A stretch of DNA of 12,132 bases, taken from Campylobacterota bacterium (lineage in GTDB: Bacteria > Campylobacterota > Campylobacteria > Campylobacterales > Sulfurimonadaceae). The translations under genes and the position numbers were made by a program. The notes under the pieces are model-generated. The model was not told the origin of the DNA and searched no databases. It saw only the letters and a program-made list of their open reading frames with translations. Positions 7,356 through 12,132 of the stretch are shown here, piece after piece. Numbering within the stretch: the stretch's first letter is position 1; every line of letters starts with the position of its first letter. The stretch covers positions 1 to 12,132 of the forward strand of contig JAYEKO010000062.1 in NCBI GenBank assembly GCA_034661055.1, in the 5' to 3' direction.

Positions 7356-7401
7356 CTCCATATTGAAATATGGAGCTATTATACTCTAATTAGATTATAA
7401 T
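7356..7401 (-). promoter_or_regulatory. Promoter and leader of the pentaheme gene: two TATAAT hexamers in a 24-bp palindrome plus an SD-sequestering hairpin
   Basis: Minus-strand TATAAT at 7378-7383 and 7394-7399. Palindrome at 7378-7401 with 11 of 12 pairs matched. Inverted repeat CTCCATAT (7356-7363) / ATATGGAG (7368-7375) includes the GGAG SD. Confidence 0.55.
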
Positions 7402-8099
7402 TAATATTTTTCTAAGTTATATTTATCCCAAAGTTCTTTTGCTGCTACATTTTTACTATTTATTGCTTTTTCTGCCCATTTTTTAGCTTTTACAAATTTC
7501 TCCTGTTCACAATATATCTCTGCAAGAAGATAGTAAGCATCAGTATCACCTGATTGTGCATTTTTTTCTAACCATTTAGCCGCCTTATCGAACTTTAAGA
7601 GTTGCATAAAAATACGTCCAACATTTTGTGTTGCCTCTACGTGTCCCTTAAGAGCAGCACTCTCAAGTAGTTGGGCTGCTTTAGTAACATTCTCATCAAC
7701 GGCATCACCTCGATAGTACATTAACGCTAAATTGTATTGAGCTTGCGTGTGGTCTAATTTTGATGAACGCTCTAGCCAACTAAATGCTTGAGATGAATTT
7801 TTTTCAACATTGTAACCACTAAGATACATCATACCCAAGTCATACTGTGCTACCGAGTCATTATGATCTGCTGCGCAACTGATCCACCTCAGCCCCTTAG
7901 CGCTACTCTGCTCTACGCCCAAACCGTTAAAATAGAGGTAGCTCATCGCATTTTGTGCCTCTGTATCTCCCCTGTGTGCATCTAGTGAATAGAGCTTAAA
8001 GGCAAGTTCATAATCTTGGTTCTTAAACGCATTTAAAGCACTTTGAGAAGCGTTAAGCACTCCTAATATAATGGTTAAAATAGATAAAAATCGTATCAT
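7401..8099 (-). CDS. Secreted Sel1-like repeat (SLR/TPR) protein
   Basis: Signal peptide MIRFLSILTIILGVLNA. Three clear SLR units (AQNAMSYLYFNGLGV, AQYDLGMMYLSGYNV, AQYNLALMYYRGDAV) plus two shorter degenerate ones. Confidence 0.9.
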   Translation of the reverse strand: MIRFLSILTIILGVLNASQSALNAFKNQDYELAFKLYSLDAHRGDTEAQNAMSYLYFNGLGVEQSSAKGLRWISCAADHNDSVAQYDLGMMYLSGYNVEKNSSQAFSWLERSSKLDHTQAQYNLALMYYRGDAVDENVTKAAQLLESAALKGHVEATQNVGRIFMQLLKFDKAAKWLEKNAQSGDTDAYYLLAEIYCEQEKFVKAKKWAEKAINSKNVAAKELWDKYNLEKY

Positions 8100-8108
8100 A
8101 ACCGCACT

Positions 8109-8303
8109 CTATGCAAACTGTAAAAATACAGCAAGCATCAAGGCTCCTAAAAATGTTACCGCAATAATTACTGCACGTTTTTTTTTCTCAGTTAACTCAT
8201 AGTTCTTTTGCAGATAATCACCTACAACGATTCCTGGATAGATGGTAAAAAGAAACATCGGGAAGGTATAGACTAAAATCATAACAACATCTTGTACTGT
8301 CAT
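8109..8303 (-). CDS. Small 64-aa membrane protein with two TM helices, function unknown
   Basis: AAGGA (minus strand, 8309-8313) lies 5 nt before ATG 8303, which is preferred over TTG 8306. Two hydrophobic segments flank a KKKR loop. The stop is 9 nt from the Sel1 gene start, suggesting an operon. Confidence 0.78.
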   Translation of the reverse strand: MTVQDVVMILVYTFPMFLFTIYPGIVVGDYLQKNYELTEKKKRAVIIAVTFLGALMLAVFLQFA

Positions 8304-8341
8304 CAATTTCCTTAATATTTAAAATATATTTTATTATATTT

Positions 8342-8350
8342 ATTATATCA
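8342..8350 (-). promoter_or_regulatory. Extended -10 promoter for the small membrane protein and Sel1 unit
   Basis: The minus strand reads TGATATAAT, a perfect TGnTATAAT, about 40 nt upstream of ATG 8303. Confidence 0.65.
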
Positions 8351-8407
8351 TACATCCTATACATACACACATACAAAAACTCTATAAAAATACCTAAAGG
8401 ATTTCTT

Positions 8408-8740
8408 TTGAAAAAAACCGCAATAATTGCTTTTGCAACTGCACTAAGCACACTATTACTAGTTGGCTGTAGTAGCACAATATCACCAGAATATGGCTCT
8501 ACTCATCAATCAGTAGAAGCACACAAACATGATAAAAAAATAACACGTCATGCAATTAAGAAAGCTGGTGAAAAAGCTGGCTGGAGAATGACAGAGTTTA
8601 GAGGAAATGCTTTAATAGCTGAAAAAGGTGATGAAATAGTCACTGTTGAATTTTCTCATGGGTCATTTCACACTACCCCTAAGAACTCTAGCTTAGAGAG
8701 TGCCATAAACGACGCTCTTGAAAATATGACTGAGCATTAA
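8408..8740 (+). CDS. Small His-rich lipoprotein, function unknown
   Basis: AAAGGA at 8396-8401 before the TTG start. Type II signal MKKTAIIAFATALSTLLLVG-C with lipobox LVGC. Confidence 0.85.
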   Translation: MKKTAIIAFATALSTLLLVGCSSTISPEYGSTHQSVEAHKHDKKITRHAIKKAGEKAGWRMTEFRGNALIAEKGDEIVTVEFSHGSFHTTPKNSSLESAINDALENMTEH

Positions 8741-8759
8741 ATTCATATTTTACATGTAA

Positions 8760-8788
8760 ATTTAGATGCTTTCTAAAAGTATCTAAAT
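8760..8788. terminator. Probable bidirectional terminator hairpin between the convergent lipoprotein and peroxidase genes
   Basis: ATTTAGATGCTTT (8760-8772), loop CTA, AAAGTATCTAAAT (8776-8788): a 13-bp stem with one G-U pair on the + strand. The stem is AT-rich and has no long U-tract. Confidence 0.55.
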
Positions 8789-8805
8789 CTGCATATTCCA
8801 AAAAA

Positions 8806-9882
8806 TTACTCCAGTCCAAAGTCAACAACATCACCTTCAAGTGTCTTAAAAAATGCCTCAATAGCATCAATCTGACGCTCACTTAAATCGACTCCTATCT
8901 GATATCGCCCCATTAAAAAGATTGCTTTACGAAGGTCCTTAATGACTCCATTGTGATAATATGGAGCTGTTTGTGTAATATTTCTTAAAATTGGAACTCT
9001 AAAGTTCTGTGTCCCGTTTGCCCCCATAAAGCCGCCAATATTCTCAAAAGGGTATGGATGATACGGCTTAAAATTAAATGAGAAATCTGTAACGTACCGC
9101 TTCTTTGTTGTGTCATCATATACTGATGTTAGATCAATAATAGCGTTATAATCTCTAAGTGGGAACTTTTGAATCTTCTGCCCACCTACACCATGTCCAA
9201 AGTGACACCCTTTACAGCCTAGATCAACAAACAGTTCTAAACCATGTTGCGCTTCTTTACTCATGGCACTATCATTACCATCTAAGAAGTCATCAAAAGC
9301 GCCTCGTGTTACTAATGTTTTTTCATACACAGCTATTGCTTTAGTTACATTTTCAAATGTCATACTATCATCAGTTCCATAGGCATCTAAAAACAGTCGT
9401 TCATACTTCAAGTCTTCTTTAATACGCTCTTCAATCAAAGCAGGAGTAGATGCCATCTCAAAGGGAGCTTGCGAAGGACCTTCTGCCTGTTTTCGAAGAG
9501 AAGGGCTATGTCCATCCCAAAAAAGATGTTTTGAAAAGGCACTGTTTAAAACCGTAGGAGAGTTTAAGTGACTTGGATTTTCAAGACCATTATGTCCAAT
9601 GGCGGTAGGAAGCCCATCTTCGCCACCTTTTGTAATATTATGACACTTTGCACAGGCAATTTTTCTGCTTTTAGAGAGGTTTTTATCAAAAAAAAGTTTT
9701 TTACCTAACTTAATCTTTTCAATTGTCATAGGGTTTTTACTATCATCAACAATAGAGCGAAGTAGCTTATAGTCAGTTGGTATGGGCTTTAAACCTTTGG
9801 AAAAAGCAAGAGAACGAATCTCCTGCGGTGTACTAGCACTAAGAAAAATTACATGTAAAATAAGAAGTAAGAAAATACGCAC
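8806..9882 (-). CDS. Di-heme bacterial cytochrome c peroxidase (bCcP/MauG family)
   Basis: CAKCH and CKGCH heme sites, IGH distal His, NSPTVLNS, FWDG, QAEGP..APFEM (catalytic Gln/Glu positions), FRVPILRNI..TAPYYHNG and a candidate Met ligand in MGRYQ. The start is GTG 9882 (MRIFLL signal peptide) or GTG 9891 as in the track. Confidence 0.9.
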   Translation of the reverse strand: MRIFLLLILHVIFLSASTPQEIRSLAFSKGLKPIPTDYKLLRSIVDDSKNPMTIEKIKLGKKLFFDKNLSKSRKIACAKCHNITKGGEDGLPTAIGHNGLENPSHLNSPTVLNSAFSKHLFWDGHSPSLRKQAEGPSQAPFEMASTPALIEERIKEDLKYERLFLDAYGTDDSMTFENVTKAIAVYEKTLVTRGAFDDFLDGNDSAMSKEAQHGLELFVDLGCKGCHFGHGVGGQKIQKFPLRDYNAIIDLTSVYDDTTKKRYVTDFSFNFKPYHPYPFENIGGFMGANGTQNFRVPILRNITQTAPYYHNGVIKDLRKAIFLMGRYQIGVDLSERQIDAIEAFFKTLEGDVVDFGLE

Positions 9883-9903
9883 AACAACCACTTGCTTTTC
9901 TAA

Positions 9904-9912
9904 AGTATAACA
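9904..9912 (-). promoter_or_regulatory. Extended -10 promoter for the peroxidase gene
   Basis: The minus strand reads TGTTATACT (TGn-TATAcT) in the short gap after the Crp/Fnr stop. A start site near 9897 favours GTG 9882. Confidence 0.5.
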
Positions 9913-9930
9913 TATTTAATTATGTCCTAT

Positions 9931-10569
9931 TTACTCAAATAGAACATGTAGTCCATCTCTATTTCTAATAGAGTACCCTTTAGACTCTTTTTGTAATAGT
10001 TCAAGTACAACCAATTTTTTAAAGGTTCTTGAGAGTGTTTCAGGTGTCATATGTAGGTGTTCTGCAAGTTGATAGTGTTTTAGTTCTGTTAGTGCATCAT
10101 CATGTTCAAATAGAAACTTTGCCAATCGTGCCGTTGAATCTAAAACGACATTAAGGGCAATAACATCTTCAAGGTATTTTATTTTTTTAGAGAGTGACTT
10201 AAAAAGCAACAGAGCCATCTCTTGATTATTTAAAAACTCTTGCTTAAACCGTTCAATATTAATCTCAATCACACTACCATCTGTTTCAAAAGCTGCCGAT
10301 GCGGGGTAAGCAATGCCCTCCAAAACTGCCATTTCAGCAACAAGTGATACCGGTTTAAAACGCCCCATAATAATCTCATTGTTTTTAGGGTCAGTCTTAT
10401 AGACCTTTAAAATACCTTCAGTAAGGAGTGTTAATGATGTTGGCATGTCTTTCTCATAAAAAAGAATCGACCCTTTCTCAAAACGTCTTTTTTTAGCAAA
10501 TGTCGTTAGTAACTTAAACTGTTCATCACTTAAAGGTGCGAAAAAAGAGATATTTCGTAAATTATTCAA
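9931..10569 (-). CDS. Crp/Fnr-family transcriptional regulator, cysteine-free (NssR/DNR-like)
   Basis: cNMP-like sensor domain with AEMA...YPASA and an HTH containing TPETLSR. The likely true start is TTG 10569 (MNNLRNISFF) with AAGGA 5 nt upstream; the track's 27-codon extension to 10650 looks spurious. There is no Cys from this start. Confidence 0.92.
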   Translation of the reverse strand: MNNLRNISFFAPLSDEQFKLLTTFAKKRRFEKGSILFYEKDMPTSLTLLTEGILKVYKTDPKNNEIIMGRFKPVSLVAEMAVLEGIAYPASAAFETDGSVIEINIERFKQEFLNNQEMALLLFKSLSKKIKYLEDVIALNVVLDSTARLAKFLFEHDDALTELKHYQLAEHLHMTPETLSRTFKKLVVLELLQKESKGYSIRNRDGLHVLFE

Positions 10570-10689
10570 AAGAATCCTTAACAAATATAATAACGAATGG
10601 TACCTACTCTCGCTTAAGAGCGTATTAATCTTTATTGATTTACACTTCAACCCGAATTATGCAATAGAGAATTAAAATAGAGAGTAGTT

Positions 10690-11583
10690 ATGGATTTTCA
10701 CACTTATATACATGCAGTAGGTACAGGGCATAAAGGCAACAGAGATTTAACCTTTGATGAGAGTGCTGATATGATGCAGCAGATACTTGAGCAAAATGTT
10801 CATAGTGAACAGATTGCCGCTTTTTTACTGGGTTGGCGCATAAAACCTGAAACAACACAAGAGTTTCGTGGCGCACTAAGTAGCTGTGATTTAAATATGA
10901 TCACTACTCCTGTAGAGAACTCCATTGAACTTGGATACCCTTTTGATGGAAAGGTAAACAACCCCTATCTTTTTCCTTTAATAGCTAAAATTTTAAATTC
11001 ACATCTCAATCTTGTTGTCTCTGGAGATGAGCTTCTTCCTGCAAAAGATGGTATAACTGTTAAAGATATATGCACCCATATAAACATCAACCAAAACTTA
11101 CACTATTTTGATCGAAAAAAGTACTGTAACAAGCTACATAAACTTACCAAAATACGTGTACGTCTAGGGCTCAGAACAGGTCTTAGTACCATTGAAAAGC
11201 TTCCTCATGTTGGTCGAAGTGAGTATGGCGTAACTGGTGTTTTTCACAAACCCTATGTGCAAAAATACATAGACATATTTTCCTCTCGATATAAACGCTT
11301 AGCACTGCTAAAAGGAAATGAGGGTACGCCTGAACTTTTTAGTAAAGGAAGATTATGGATTGCACAAGATGCAAATGTTACTGAACATATTATTGAACCA
11401 GAGTATTATGGAGTTAATTATAAACGATCTTGGGAAAATATTACCCTAGAGGAGTCTCTTCATCAAATAAACAATCCAAGTGATGAGTTAATGAAGCTGG
11501 CCATTTTAAATGCTGCCATTTTACTTTTTATTGCAGAGAAAGCAGAAAGCATCAATGAAGGGGTTGAACGTCTTAATGGATAA
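10690..11583 (+). CDS. TrpD-like glycosyltransferase family 3 protein (YbiB/CnaT-like, probably not an anthranilate phosphoribosyltransferase)
   Basis: N-terminal YIHAVGTGHKGNRDLT..E, QIAAFLLGWRIKPET..E helical domain, R..LGLRT, GVFHKPY and KGNEG. It lacks the TrpD PRPP-binding GTGGD...NIST and KHGN motifs. Confidence 0.8.
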   Translation: MDFHTYIHAVGTGHKGNRDLTFDESADMMQQILEQNVHSEQIAAFLLGWRIKPETTQEFRGALSSCDLNMITTPVENSIELGYPFDGKVNNPYLFPLIAKILNSHLNLVVSGDELLPAKDGITVKDICTHININQNLHYFDRKKYCNKLHKLTKIRVRLGLRTGLSTIEKLPHVGRSEYGVTGVFHKPYVQKYIDIFSSRYKRLALLKGNEGTPELFSKGRLWIAQDANVTEHIIEPEYYGVNYKRSWENITLEESLHQINNPSDELMKLAILNAAILLFIAEKAESINEGVERLNG

Positions 11584-12132
11584 ATTCTCTAACCATATTA
11601 AAAATATTTTACACGGTTTTTTCCTATCTATTGGAACAACCATTGCAGAACCTTCAACCATTTTACCCCTCATTGTTAACTATTTTGGAGGAAGTTCCAT
11701 TTTAGTTGGTCTTTTTGCAGCACTACTTCGTGGTGGTGCTATTATTGTTCAGATGTTTGCAGCATTTAAAGCACAGAGTTACCCTTTAATGCTCCCATAC
11801 TTACGTAGAGTATTTTTAGTACGCTTCTTTGCTTGGTTTTTTATTGGAGTTGCCATTATTGTCTTTGGTGAAACCCGCCCTACTCTGACACTGTTTTTCA
11901 TCGGTTTTGGTCTCTTTATTTTCTCTTTTAGTGCAGGGTTTGGAGCCATCTACTTTAAAGACATTATTGGCAAAATATTTAGCCATAAATTCCGTGGTAA
12001 GACCATGGCATACCGTCAGTTTTTTACCGCCTTTGGAGGGCTAATTAGCGGAACATTTGCTGCCATTATCTTAGAGAGCTATGAACCACCATTTAGTTTT
12101 GGATACCTCTTTATTATTAGCTCCTTTTTAAT
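11576..12132 (+). CDS. MFS transporter, 3'-truncated by the window edge (not in the ORF track)
   Basis: ATG 11576 overlaps the upstream gene's end by 8 nt and the frame stays open to the window end. It reads MDKFSNHIKNILHGFFLSIGTTIAEPSTILPLIVNYFGGSSILVGL...DIIGKIFSHKFRGKTMAYRQ..., with about six hydrophobic helices and an MFS-like TM4-TM5 loop RG motif. Confidence 0.85.
   Translation, partial: MDKFSNHIKNILHGFFLSIGTTIAEPSTILPLIVNYFGGSSILVGLFAALLRGGAIIVQMFAAFKAQSYPLMLPYLRRVFLVRFFAWFFIGVAIIVFGETRPTLTLFFIGFGLFIFSFSAGFGAIYFKDIIGKIFSHKFRGKTMAYRQFFTAFGGLISGTFAAIILESYEPPFSFGYLFIISSFL

Noticed and set aside
8350..8375. ATACA-rich low-complexity stretch
   Set aside because: Irregular spacing and short units; not a clean tandem repeat or CRISPR-like array.
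8218..8478. 86-aa minus-strand ORF
   Set aside because: It spans a divergent promoter region and overlaps two better-supported genes.
8688..9344. ORFs 8688-8882 (-) and 9159-9344 (+)
   Set aside because: Out-of-frame or antisense overlaps with the peroxidase and lipoprotein genes.
9931..10650. Oxygen-sensing FNR assignment and the TTG 10650 start
   Set aside because: There are no Fe-S-ligating cysteines. The only Cys lies in an extension without an RBS that covers the divergent promoter.
10688..10876. 62-aa minus-strand ORF
   Set aside because: Antisense shadow of the TrpD-like gene.
10690..11583. trpD assignment
   Set aside because: It lacks the GTGGD/NIST and KHGN PRPP-binding motifs and has no trp gene context.
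1..12132. CRISPR arrays, tRNA/rRNA, IS elements, integrases, defence systems
   Set aside because: No repeat-spacer periodicity, RNA gene signature or transposase/recombinase motif was seen; the window is almost entirely protein-coding.

Overview
AT-rich window from what is very probably a Campylobacterota (Epsilonproteobacteria, Sulfurimonas/Sulfurovum-like) chromosome. This is inferred from the NirS/NorB style, the TGnTATAAT-type promoters and the AAGGA ribosome-binding sites. The left half is a denitrification cluster on the + strand. It holds the 3' part of a cytochrome c-dependent NO reductase norB, a 51-aa single-TM ORF missing from the ORF track, cytochrome cd1 nitrite reductase nirS, and a translationally coupled heme d1 unit (monoheme cytochrome c, nirJ, nirF, nirE). 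The right half is a less characterised block. It holds a pentaheme c-type cytochrome, a secreted Sel1-repeat protein, a 2-TM small protein, a His-rich lipoprotein, a di-heme cytochrome c peroxidase and a Cys-free Crp/Fnr (NssR/DNR-like) regulator. Divergent from the regulator are a TrpD-like YbiB/CnaT-family gene and an MFS transporter that runs off the window. The best leads are the small membrane ORF sitting where norQD usually lie, the double inverted repeat that hides the pentaheme gene's ribosome-binding site, and the Crp/Fnr plus CnaT-like plus MFS module. No mobile elements, CRISPR arrays or RNA genes were recognised.
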